A stretch of 64,000 nt of DNA, taken from positions 558,001 to 622,000 of the forward strand of contig CM074820.1 of the NCBI GenBank assembly GCA_037447605.1, given 5' to 3'. Position 1 is the first letter of the stretch. Each line of letters begins with the position of its first letter. A program made the translations under genes and the position numbers. The notes below the pieces were generated by a model. The model was not told the origin of the DNA. It saw nothing but the letters and a program-made list of their open reading frames with translations, and ran no database searches. This document shows, one piece after another, positions 43,171 through 55,616 of the stretch. Source of the stretch: Zygnema circumcarinatum SAG 698-1b (taxonomy: Eukaryota; Plantae; Zygnematophyceae).

Positions 43171-44371
43171 TCCATAAAAATGTGGCAAAAATAGGGCACA
43201 AATGGGGTGTAAAAAGGGCACAAAGGAGGTGATAAGTAGGACGGGAATGGGGAAACGAAAACGAAGGGCTGCATTAAGCGCTGATAATATTCTTTGACGA
43301 GGAAACCACCTTGATTTGTTACTAACAATGAAATATATCATTGGTGCCAGGTTCGCTAGGGGCATAATAGTTGGGCATATTGTAAGCAGATGAGAAGTTG
43401 AAGTTCACAGTGTGACTTTTAAGTCCTCCCTCTCATCTCTCTCTCGTTCTCCTTCTCTCTCGCTCTCCCTCTCGCTTGCTTCCCTCTCCCCCTCTCCCCT
43501 TCTCCCCACCTCTCCCTTTCTCTCCCCCTCCCTAGTTCTTCATCTCTCTCCCTCTGTTCCCCTCCTTCTCGCTTCCCCACTCTCCGTCTCGTCCCCTCCT
43601 CCTGTATCCCCCTCTCTCCCCTTTCCCTCCCTTTCTCTATCCGTCTCTCTCCTGTGCCCTTTTCACTTCTCTACGTCTCTCCTATCTCCCCCTATCTCGC
43701 TCTTCTCTCTGCTCATCTAACCTCTCTCTCCCTCTCTTACATCTACCCCTCTCTCTCTCTCCTCCCAGCCCCTCTTACACCTCTACGCCAAGCCTACCTC
43801 TACCATTCTCCTCTCCCTGCAGTTTTGTCTTTTTTAACAAAGGCTTACAAACTAAGTTGCTGCCAACCATTCCGGCACACTCAATTATAAGCACTTGAAA
43901 TTTGACCTTAAAAGCTCAACTTCAAACACTCGCCCAAAAACACCAGTCCATAACTCCACACACAGTCTTACAAAAGACGAGACAAAAAAAGGAAGGTACA
44001 TTTTACTAGATGTACAACTCATGATTTCATTGGGGTTCCTATTTGAACCCCAATGGAAGCTTGTTTACCTTCTTCCTAAAAAAGCTATGAAGCTCTCATC
44101 TGAATGCATTCATCGCCCTTCAGGCATGGAAAATTATCAAAACTGCATCTCGATTACTGTGCCTTCGTAGCGCTTTCAAAAATATTTTTTCCTATTGTCT
44201 TTATACATTCCTATAATCAACACGAGAAGTTGACGACACTAATACTCTACATGAGGAAGTAATCATGTAAATGAGGAAACAGTCACTTACATGGAGACCC
44301 ACTAAAAATGGGCTGATGTTGCTCATTATGTGGTCCGACATCTTCCCATCATATACTAACACTCTTAAGCT

Positions 44372-47300
44372 TTATTCACTGGGACACTCCTCTCCCGCAC
44401 CCTCTCCTGCACCTCGTCCCGTGCCCTCTCTCGCTCCCTCTCCCTCTCCCGGACCCTCTCCCGCGCCGTCCATTTCACTCAACAACACATTGTCCACTTC
44501 ATCGCTCCCATCAAGTGAACTTAAAAGTGCTCCGATCGCCCCTGCATGACCTTCATGCCGCAAGAATATTGCCTGCAGAACATCGACCACATTACATTTT
44601 CTTTAACTTATCGTTCTTTTTTGAGAAGTGAAATTCATGAGAGTTTAACTCGACGACTAAACGATGACAACAAAGAAATGTCTCTCTATTGGAAAGAGTA
44701 TCTCGCCCATACTCGACATTCATTGCATGCATCATCTACGAATGATGTACGAAACCACAACGTAAGGAACAATCTCTTGCACAGCGACTCACATGTTCAA
44801 ATTTCATTGATTCTAAGTTCTACTTTCCTTCACTACCCTCATCTAAAATTCCCTCAGAACCCAAAACACACTTTACATACCTTCATTTCCCCTTTGGACC
44901 AAAACTCAATCGAGACAGTAAGGAGCCGCATTGCCAGCTGGACCAACCACCACACCCATCAAACCAAGTCGATCAACCAACCAATCATAACCTGCCATGT
45001 CATCAATCCTTCAGCTTCAACAACACGTTCCCTCAAAACTCTCCAAACCCCCCCTTACGCCCCCCCCCCCTCCCCCTCACCCTCCCTCTCCCACTCTCCT
45101 CCCCTTCCGCCCTCCCCCCTTCCCCCTCCCCACCCCACTCCCTCTCCCTCTCCCTCTCCCTCTCCCTCTCCCTCTCCCTCTCCCTCTCCCTCTCCCTCTC
45201 CCTCTCCTTTCGCCCTCCCCACTTCCCCTCCCCTCCCCTCCCCTCCCCTCCCGCCTCCCCCACCCCCTCCCCCTCCCCCTCCCCCTCCCCCTCCCCCTCC
45301 CCTCCCCTCCCCTCCCTCACCCCCCTCCCCCTCCCCCTCCCCCTCCCCCTCCCCCTCCCCCTCCTCACCTCCCCCTCCCTCCCACCCCTCCCTCCCCCTC
45401 CCCCTCCCCTCCCCTCCCCCTCCCCTCCCCCTCCCCCTCCCCCTCCCCCTCCCCCTCCCCCTCCCCCTCCCCTCCCCCTCCCCCTCACCTCACTCCCCCT
45501 CCCCTGCACCTCCCCTCCACTCCCCTCCCCTCCCCCTCCCCCTCCCCCTCCCCCTCCCCCTCCCCCTCCCCTCCTCCCCTCCCCTCCTCCCACCTCCCCC
45601 CTCCCCTCCTCCCCTCCCCCTCCCCTCCCCCTCCCCTCCCCCTCCCCCTCCCCCTCCCCTCTCCCCCTCCCCTCCCCTCCCCCTCCCCTCCCTCTCTCCT
45701 CCCTCCTCTCCTCTCCTCCTCTCCTCTCCTCTCCCTCTCCCTCTCCCTCTCCCTCTCCCTCTCCCTCTCCCTCTCCCTCTCCCTCTCCCTCTCCTCTCCC
45801 ACTCTCCCTCTCCCTCTCTCTCCCTCTCCCTGCTTCCCCCCCTCCCCTTTATCAGCTGTCCCAGCCCCACCATGTTGTGAGCAGGCACCCACCCTGTTCC
45901 CATGCATGAAGCTCCCCGCGAAGAGCACTCTCCTGACTCTCTCCGGCCGCGCGTGCAGCATCGCGAGGGACCCGACCGTGTTCGTCACCATCAGCAGCGC
46001 CGCCTTCGCAAGGGCCGCCGGCCCGGCAGCCGCGGCGGCAAGGGGGCCGGCCTGGGCTAGCTGGAGAGAGAGAGGAGGGGGAGGGGGAGGGGGAGGGAGG
46101 AGGGAGAGAGAGGGGGGGGAGGGGGAGGGGGAGGGGGAGGGGGAGGGAGAGAGAGGGGGGGGAGGGGGAGGGGGGAGGGGAGAGGGGGGGAGGGAGCGGG
46201 AGATGGAGAGGGAGGGTAAGTGGGGGTGGGGAGGGGGAAGGGGGGAGGGCGAAGGGGGAGGAGAGAGGGAGGAGGGTGAGGGGGGAGGGGGGGAGGGGGA
46301 AGGGGGGAGAGAGAGGGAGAGGGAGGGTGAAGGGGGGGGGGAAGGGAAAGGGGGGAAAGGGAAGGGGGGAGGGAGAAAGGGGAAGGGAAAGGGAGAGGGA
46401 GGGTGAGGGAGGGTGAGGGGGGGAGGGGGAAGGGGGTAGGGAGGAAGGGGAAGGGAGAGGGAGAGGGAGGGTGAGGGGGGGGAGGAAGGGAAGGGTGGGA
46501 GAGGGAAGGGGGGAGGGAGGAAGGGGAAGGGAGAAGAAGAGGGAGGGTGAGGGGGGGAAGGGGAAAGGGGGGGGGGAGGTAGAGGGAGAAGGAGGGTGAG
46601 AGGCCGGGAAGGGGGAGGGGAAGTGGGCGAGGAGAGGAGGAGTAGCAGAGGTGATAAGAGGCGATAAGAGGCAGCCATATCTATAAGCCGTATGTTCCAT
46701 GTTAGACACATGCTTCCGTCATTGAACGGCTTCAATTTATGATATACTTCCATGTTTCTATGTATTCCCAAACAATATGTGTATCTATGTACCTTATCGT
46801 TAAGACGGAGTAAAAACTGACTGTGAACGGCACACATAGAGCACCTACCTTCCCAAAGGAGCTTGCAACAGTCGTCGCAGCAAGACCCATTTCTGTGTAG
46901 TCTCCGCCTGTCCCACAAAAGATTTTATGTCAAGAAATTTCTAATATGCTGAGAAATCGTTTCCTGCACTTCCCCCCATACCCAAACATCTACATCTTGA
47001 GAAGAACATGTGGCGATGCTACATGAGCGAGAAAGCGAGAGCGAGAGAAGGAGAGAGAGAAGAGGGGGAACGAGAGAGGGAGGGAGAGAGAGCGAGAGAA
47101 AGGGAGGGAGGGGGGGAGAGAGAGGAGGGAGAGATGGAGAGAGAGAAAAACGAGGGAGGGAGTGGGAGAGGGAAGACGGAGAGAGAGGGAGAGAGTGAGA
47201 GGAGTGCAGAAGGGAGTGTTATCTACTCTGGCGATACCGAAATTCCTCTACATTCGATCCGTTGTACTCAGCTCACCATAGATATCTCCTACAAGCATGT

Positions 47301-49195
47301 CCACTTTTGTTGAATCTCCGCGAGAAGCGAGGGCAATAGCATCCTTAAAGCTGTATTATCTCCCCCCATTTGTTCCCAAATAATAGTCCGTTATGTCCTC
47401 TTTCTTCCCCCTCTCTCTCTCTCTCTCCCCCCCATCTCTCTCCCACCTTCCTCCTCCTCTCCAAAACTGTTTTCCACAATGAATTATAACATAGAAACTG
47501 CTCCTTTTGTGATAATTCAGAATCATAATATGGATCACAACTTGAGTGCAAGGAAGAGGAGAGAGAGTGCCACCTGTCACATCCTGTGAGGACGGCAGTA
47601 AGGCCAAGAAATGTGCTGCCCACAGAATAGCCCCTAGGGTCCGTTAGAACCAATGAGAGGGTGCCATGTGGCATGCCACCATTGGAGCAGAATGGGGAGG
47701 AGGTGGGAGAGGGGGGTGGGAGCTTGTGGGAGGATTTGGAGAGAGATAAGGGAGAGTGAAGGAGGAGTGGTGGGAGGGTGGAGATAAAGGGAGAGGGGAA
47801 ATATTCAGTGATACTTTCTAAGTAGGCAATCCATACATCTGCATTTACTCCCACTCTCACCTACGTCCTCTCTCTTCTTCCTTACCCATCGTCCTCCCCC
47901 TCTCCCTCCATCTCCCTGTCATACTTCCCACTGATTTGGGTATTCAACTCTACAATGTTGAACACAGTCAGACCCAGTACAAAATTCGTGTTCCACCAGT
48001 TTGAAAGTTTCCTCTTTTTTCCCCCCCTTTTTTTTTTTTTTTTTCTTACCTGCCTCCAAGACTTGTTCCCCCCACCCGTTGAAACTTATCCGCTGAGTCG
48101 ACCCTCAAAATACTCACTCCCGACCCGATATTCACCTGCAGTTCCATGCCGTTTCCATGTCAGTTTCCCGTTCCCAGTTGTCAATACCCCCCCTCTCCTC
48201 TCTCCACTCTCCCCCCTCTCTCTTTCTCCTCTCCTCTCCTCTCCTCTCCTCTCTCTCTCTTCTCCTCTCTCTCCCCTCTCTCTCCTCTCCTCTCCTCTCC
48301 TCTCTCTCCTCTCCTCACCTCTCCTCTCCTCTCCTCTCTCTCCTCTCGCTCCTCTCTTTCCTCTCTCTCTCTCTCTCCCCCCTCTCCTCTCGCTCCTCTC
48401 TCTCTCTCTTCTCTCTCTCTCTTCTCTCTCCTCTCCTCTCTCTCCCCTCTCTCTCCTCTCTTCTCCTCTCTCTCTCTCTCTCTTCTCTATCTCTCTCTCT
48501 CTCTCTTCTCTCCCTCTCTCTCTCTCTCCCCATCCCCCAACGAAAGCAAAGACGGCAACCAAACCCTTCCATGTAACGACCGTTCTGTTACTCACCACCA
48601 AGTACGGATACAACGACTCTCCGTGCTCCAAAACGGAGCGACCTCGCCCTTGCCGATTGGTCCTCCCTCTCCCTCCCCCCTTCCCTCTCTTTCCTCCAAT
48701 CTCGTGCTGACACCTGTCACTCTCAAACCCTACTTCCTCCAATAGCCTACAGTTGGCACCTCCCTCAGACCGCCCCTCCCCGCCCTCCTGATCTGCCGTT
48801 CGATCTGGACCGTCGATCTCCTCCCCCTCATCGCTGCTGCTGTTGTCAGGAGACTGCCAGGGCCGTTGGATCGACCCCCCCTCATATGAAGGGAAGGGGA
48901 ATTCAAAGCAGTCGTCGCGAGCAAAGCGGGCAAGAAAGTCAATTCCGCGGACGAGGCTGCCACGTGGCAGCATCCCAGTGGCCACAAGACATGTCAGCAA
49001 CAGTTTTACCTTTCTGTACTCATCTATTTTTGTTTAAATCATATAGTTATTTAGTCATCTAGTTAGTTATGGAAGGTTGATTTCTTGGTCCCCACCTTGT
49101 GAGCTCGTCTGCGCGATTAAGGCGGAGTCCCGCGATGTTCAAGAATTGGTCACCAAATTTCCGAGCCCCGCCTCTGTTGAACACACACAGCGAGC

Positions 49196-49238
<43 letters not shown>

Positions 49239-49248
49239 NNNNNNNNNN

Positions 49249-49290
<42 letters not shown>

Positions 49291-50691
49291 AGAGAGAGTG
49301 GGGAGGGAGGGAGTGAGAGCTTTCTTGAGCTCTGCATGTGTCTAGAGCATGCCAGCAAGTAGCCTCATCAGCAGGATAGAAAAAAAGGGAGGACAGAAAT
49401 TCCGAAAAAATCTCCCTGAGCATATCCATGTGACTGGTTTCAATTCTAGTTAAACTCGCAGGCTCCCAGACTCTGCTTTTTACGAATATTTTTTATCTCC
49501 ATCCTTCGTTTATTTCCTTCTTTCATTTAACTTTCTATCTTGAAACGTGCGAGGAAAACATTTCAACCTTCTTAGTGAAATGTTTCTATTATTATTATCA
49601 CTTACCCAGTAGCGCCGATGGCCCGAGTTCCAGTGACAAGTGAATGCTCTCGAGCCAAAGACAAAAATTCCTCCATTCTCCATGTCTCTGTGCATACACG
49701 GAACAGTTCGGAAACAGAATTAGGTCCAAACAATGTAGTTCTATGCAAAAGTAAGAAAGCTTTTTTCATCTCTTTCTCTCTCTCTCCCTCTCTCACTCTC
49801 TCTCTCTCACTCTTCACTCCCACCCTCTCCCACCATATTCCTTCAGTTCACTTTCATTCCTACCTCTCTTCCCTCCCTCACTCTCCACTTATTCAGCCTC
49901 TCTCTCACTTCCTACTCTTACTCCCCACGTCCAACCTCCCCCCACCCCCTCTGGCCCTCCCCTTCTCCCTCCCTCCCTCCCTCTCTCCCTCCCACATCTT
50001 TCAGGGAAACCCTCATACCAAATCTTTTGAACAATAGCGTTCCGCGTCCCGGCAAATGTATCGGATCGTGACTTGAAGCCCAAATTTTTTTGGCTCGACT
50101 TCGGGAACTTTCGACTATTACGGAGCCGCACATTGCGCATGTATCCGAAGTTGAAGTGTCCATGGAGCCATGCATGGCGCCTCCAACTTCCCCAACATTG
50201 TTCTCATGCGTCACACCACTGCTCTCTCCCATACATGCGCACCCATTCCTTTGTTCAAATCCTTCTAGAACCCCTGTTGCCCTGCCAGGTGTCGCCTTCT
50301 CATTGGCTCCTGGTTGCAGATTTTCCTCATGCTTGGAGGTTTTTAGGGTTTGCGGTTCGAAGAGAACCACTTTGCACAAGGTCCCGCCGATGTCGAGTCC
50401 AAAGCGCGCCAAAGGGGAGGTCGCCTGCCACTGCATGGCGTCCAGAGAACTCGAATCTGAAGACGCTTTCAGACACAGGGAACATCTCAACAGTGATGAT
50501 GATGTTGGCAATGGCGATGATGATGATGTTGGGGCTGGTGTTGGAAGTGTTGAAGGTGATGTTGGAGGTGGTTTTGAGGAGGATGTTGAAGGTGGAAACA
50601 TAACGCTGGCAGCCATGCGCGACGTCACATCATCATGGGCATGCGCCATGCGGATGTCGGAGAAGCCGCCATCATCGCCCAAGCTCCCCAT
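44372..50691 (-). CDS. PANK: Type II pantothenate kinase (~626 aa, 11 exons, no C-terminal DUF89)
   Basis: Exons 50691-50019, 49687-49606, 49173-49096, 48956-48596, 48135-48050, 47615-47574, 47350-47277, 46907-46849, 46060-45893, 44937-44881, 44572-44372 total 1881 nt in frame. Motifs FGLDIGGTLCKVV.FE, ATGGGARKF, YPYLVVNIGSGVSIL, RVGGTSLGG.TFLGL, RGDSTKVDMLVGDIYG, TVASSFGK, FWSKG, FLRHEG..GAIGA. Confidence 0.95.
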
Positions 50692-52440
50692 GGCTGCCAA
50701 AAATGATGCAGCAGGAGCACTTCTCGTTCAACCCTAAAATCGCTTCTCAGAAACCATGTGATTCGGGGACCTGCCTGCCTGCTTGTGCGACCGCACTGCG
50801 CTATATATTTAGAAAGAAAAATATATATGTTTAAAATAACAAGATATGGAGTGATTTAAACATAGAAAAAAGAGAAAGGGACGGATTGAAGGTAGACTAA
50901 AATGATTAACATGAATGCAATTGAAACAGAAAAAAGAAAGAGCGGCGCTTAATGTTCGCTGAAGTAGGGATGGAGTGAGGGAGGGAGGGAGGGAGGGAGG
51001 GAGGGGGAGCGAGAGGGAGAGAGAGGGAGGGAAAGAGAATGGAGGAAAAGGAAAGATGAGGAAGACAGAAGGGGTGCGAGGGAGAGGAAAGAAACGAAAA
51101 CGCCGACAGAGAGAGAGAGAGAGAGATAGGGTGCGGGGAAAGAGGGAGGGCGAAAACACTTGAGAGGGCCGACCCTTAGCCCTAACCATCAACGGCTCAT
51201 TGGAAAACTGAACCTGTCGGAGTTCTATGCGACAATTCCCGTTTCCGTCCCTTCCAACGCTCAACTGTGATGTAACTGCGAGAATCTACACCATGGAGAC
51301 GCACTCTGATTGGCCGAATCCCCGCTAGTTTCCACGTGGCGAGCAGTCGTGGCCTCTGCCTGAGCCCGTTGACCGCTAACCATGGTCCCGCCTGCTGATT
51401 CGCCTCCGCGCCCGCCGGTCTCGCCAGCCAATCAGCTGCCTTGGAGGCTCCGCCGACAACTGCTCGCTCCAGGATTCGCCTCCCTTTCCGGCCAGGCCTT
51501 CGGTCTCGATCGATTGCCACGTGGACTAATCGACGGTTCAGATGCACCGCTGGTACGTGAAGCTGACACAGCAGAGTCTCTGACAGCCAATGGGAGCAGA
51601 TTTGGGACACGTGTTGGACTGTCCGACAGGTTTCGATCCGTTGGTGGGCAGAGCTGGACGGTGCAGAGTCCAATCAAAAAAGCGCGCCACGTCAGCAATC
51701 CGAGCCGCCGAGCTCTGCCGAGCCGGACGACGTTTCCGGGCAGTCGTTGGTGCCACGTGGACGCCACGTGGCATTTTCTCGTTGGCGCTAACGACGCTAA
51801 TTGCGCGGGGCGCCCCTCCGGCATGCAACGGGTGGCACGAGCGGGCGGATTTCATTCAACTGGTTGAATGAAGTTGGATGAAGAAACGTCCTTATCAGTT
51901 TCCAACTCCGGAGCTTCAACCAGTTGAATGAAATTTGGACCGTGAAAGCCAACCAATCAACCGAATTAACCATTGGATGTTGTCGTCCAACCATTGCTAT
52001 CCAATGATTGGCCAATGGTTCCGCCCTGTGCGAAGGTGTTCCGCCCAAGCGCCAAAAGGACCTCAACTGTCCGGAAACTCAAATAAGTCAAGTCAAGTCA
52101 AGTCAGTCAAGTCCAGTCAAGTGATCGGTGGCTCCTGATTGGCCAGCGGCCGCTCCATTCCGTGTCGCAGCGTGAGGGAGTTGCCCGTTCTGGTTGAACG
52201 GCGGTCCCATAAACTGGGAACTGGGCGAGAACTGCGGGAACGCTCCGTTTTCTCATGGAACGGGTGAAATACCGTACAGTACGGTTTTTCTGTTTCTTAG
52301 TGTCGTTTGAACCCTAAACCCTTCCGCGGGGCAGCGCGCCTAAAACTTCTCAAATCCTTAAGCCCTGGAAACCCTCAAAACCTTCAAAACCCTTAACCCT
52401 AAAACCCTACCCTTAACCCCTCAAAACCCTAAAAACCCTA
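50692..52440. promoter_or_regulatory. Divergent promoter region between PanK and the methyltransferase-like gene
   Basis: Head-to-head start codons. CCACGTGG G-boxes at ~51331, ~51517, ~51752 and ~51764; several ATTGG/CCAAT; telo-box-like AAACCCTA repeats at ~52310-52440 directly before the ATG. Confidence 0.55.
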
Positions 52441-55138
52441 ATGGACGAAGAGGACGAGCTTCCCTCTTACGGCGCTCTCGTCGAGAAATTTGAGCTCTTC
52501 GGAAGGGCGCGCTGCGAGCCGCAAGTATGTATGTATGTGCATGCGCCGTCATGCATGGCATGGCATGGCATGGCATGCCATGGCAGCCATGCGATTTGGC
52601 GCCATGGCACACCATTGCAGAATTGTTCGAGGGCATGGGCATGCATGAAATGAAACATGTGGGCCTCGGACCATATGCATGATGGCATATGGCATGTCCT
52701 GGGGGCAGGTCACGCATGCATGCGCATGCAGGTTGTTGGTGTCATGGGCATGCATGAGACATGTCGAGCATGGGCATGCAAATCAAAATCAATGTCGGCC
52801 CCTTGTTCCATGTCTCCGTGACAGATTGATGAACGGACGGGAACGGTTTCTTGCGCATGTAGCGGCTGTTCGAAATGGCGCCGTTTTGTGGAAGGGAAAT
52901 CTCCAGACGGCGAATTTCCGCAATACGAAGTCTTTACGAAGGAGTTCGTTGCAGGACTTGCGACCTATCTCTTGTGAGACTCACTTCCGTACATGTCCGT
53001 ACACATTCATGCAGGACATTCAATGTCCACTCCCTGGAGCTCAATTTTTTTGGTTTTATGTTTTTCTGCCCACATTTGTCACACTCTTGCCAGCGAAGAG
53101 AGTGGGAGCAAGGGAGTTTGGGTATGGATTTTTTTGCAGTAAAATGAGTTTATATGCTTGGTGAATTTTCTGAACTGAATGTTCGATGGAACGCAGGGAA
53201 CGTGCAGACGCGTTAGGGATGAAGAAGATGAGAGTTCTTGAGGTAAAAATCACTTTGGTGGACGCAAATATGTTGAATTTATGTTAAATATTTTGGATTC
53301 ATTCTTGCTCTTCTGCAGAGTTACAAGACCGTAGGGTTCTGGGGGACCTTAGAGTTTCCCGAAGTTCTCTGTGTTCACGGAATCATAAGTCTTTCCCTCC
53401 CCTTGGAAGATGGGCAGTCCTCTCTTCTTCCCTCACTCCCTCTTTCCCTCACTCCTTCCTCCCGTCCTTCCCTCTCTACTTCCCTCCCTCCCTCCTTTCA
53501 TCTCTCATTCCTTCCTCCCCTCCCCCCTTTCCCTACTCCACTTCCTCCCGCCTTCCCTCCCTCCTTTCCTCCCTCCCTCCTTTCCTCTCTCACTCCTTCC
53601 TCCCCTCCCCCCTTTCCCTACTCCACTTCCTCCCTCCTTTCCTCCCTCCCCTTCCCTCCCCTCCTTCCCTATTCCTCTTCAAAAATTAACGGAACAGTGT
53701 ACATTTCTAAACAGACATGGAACCGCCTTTCTTGTCGCTACCATTCAAAGTCGAGTGTTGGGGACATTTGTAGCACAGATTGGAGCAGGTGACGGCCGCT
53801 TATGTCATCATCTCCGACGCAATTTGACTACAATAAGACAAAAACGGCACGTACGTGAACTGTTCTATGTGAACTAGTTCTGTTGCTTTTGAACTCAACT
53901 TCAACTCAGAAGAAATTTTATGGTTTCTAGATGTGTTATTATTGATTGTAGTCGAGTTTTTTCAAGTTATAAGTTTGAGAGATTAGAATCTCTATACTGA
54001 GACATGCTATCTCGCACTGTTTCTCTGTGGTTTGCAATCCGTTCAACAGAACAGCGCTGACGTGGAACTGTTGGCTACCGATAACGGTTCCTTGGGGCTT
54101 GCATCGTCCGTGACGTCATGCCGACGTCATCATGTGAGGGAGGTGAAGGTGCAGGACGCAGAGGAGGCTGTGAGAGAGAGCGAGCCGGACATAGTGCTCG
54201 TCTCCTGGATGGTAATTTTTTTCAAAATTCAAAACTGAAAAAAAAAAATCCATGTATTTTCTATGCTTGTTGATTCCGTTACAGTTCTGTAAAACTGAGA
54301 TATTTACTCAAGTTTGGTTTTTCCATTAAGTTTTTTTTTTTTTTTTTTAACCTTAGTAGAAGTTCTCGTTACAGCCTCTTGGAGTTGACTGGACGGCCTC
54401 CATACGTTCTGTGCCACGTGTCCACGAATATATCCTAATTGGCGAGATGGTACTCCCAAAAAACCCTAAAACTAAAAATTTCTTTGGTTTGCAGACCGCC
54501 CAATTTACGGCATGTTAATGTTGATTGTAAAATTTCGTCAAACGTGATAAAGTTTGAAACATGGTATCTTGATTCGTGGGACATTAGGTCACATCATCAT
54601 TACGTCTGACTTTGACTTTGACTTTGATTTGACTTTGACCTTTGTGGTGCAGGATGATGGGATATGTGGGCATCGGTTGCTGACGTGGCGCTTCGATGAG
54701 AGCTCCACGAGCAGCAGTTGTAGCAGTAGCAGCGCAAGTGATGCGGAAAATGAAAAATTTGGTGAAAAAATTGACATTAGGCCTCACTTTGAGAATAGTT
54801 TGCATGCGCGCGAGCATGCTGCATGTGGTGGTACAACATGTGACACATGTCACAGCACATGCCATGTATGTGGTACCACATGTCCTAGCACATGCCATGC
54901 ATGCCGTTGTAGTACACCATGTCATGAGAGCACATTGAGCAAACATGGACGAGCCCCACAACGGCGGTCAACAAAAAGGAGAAAGGTCGCTAGGGAAGGA
55001 GTGGAGGAGGAGGAGTGGGTCCGAGTACAGCTCGGACCGCTCAGCCGTCTCCAAATAGGTCGTACGGACGAGAGGTGGTCCACCAAACGTCACTCGTTTA
55101 CAGTTTCCTTTAGAAGAGAAAAACCCACAAAACCTTGA
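52441..55138 (+). CDS. Uncharacterised SAM-dependent methyltransferase-fold protein
   Basis: Exons 52441-52524, 52825-52973, ~53770-53850, ~54050-54211, ~54376-54450, ~54653-55138. Motifs YEVFTKEFVAGLATYL, QIGAGDGRL (glycine-rich motif I), LLATD.GS, EPDIVLVSWMPLGVDWT, EYILIGE.DDGICG, LSRLQIGRTD..S.TVSFRR. Middle exon boundaries are approximate. Confidence 0.75.
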
Positions 55139-55339
55139 AACCCTAGGACCCCTCAAAACCCCAAAAACTCTGAAACCCTAAAAAAAGTGTTGGGCCCAGG
55201 AGTTCTGAAAGGACAGATTTTATGGTGTTTAGGGTTTTTTGTTGCATGAAGGTATGTTTGGAAATTGTGGAGTGGGGAATGCAAAAAAAACAGAAACAAC
55301 TGTTCGGTTTCATGGTATGAAAATTGGGGCAAGTAGATG

Positions 55340-55535
55340 ACGTCGTCACTCTACCCGGTTGCCAAGTTTCCAACTCGCAGCTGACGTCAGTATTCTACTT
55401 TGTGGCCCAGATGGCGTCATCATTTCACCGGTTGCCAAGTTTCCAACTTGCAGCTGGCGTCATCACTCTACCTTGTTGCCCATATGACGTCATCACTCCA
55501 CCCGACTGCCAAGTTTCCAACTTGCTGCTTCCGGT
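55340..55535. repeat. Degenerate tandem repeat containing gttgccaagtttccaact x3 and cgtcatcactc modules
   Basis: ccggttgccaagtttccaactcgcagctg (~55357), ccggttgccaagtttccaacttgcagctg (~55428) and ctgccaagtttccaacttgctg (~55506). Confidence 0.8.
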
Positions 55536-55616
55536 CTTGATAACGACGTGGAAATAAAAAATACCTCACTGGCCCTAATTTCGCGCATTTCGATTGGATA
55601 TGAGCGAATAGCAAAA

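Noticed and set aside
44546-46918. Pro-rich 440-480 aa ORFs resembling extensins
   Set aside because: They are intronic C-rich or G-rich tracts of PanK, with no signal peptide. The PanK exon chain is complete without them.
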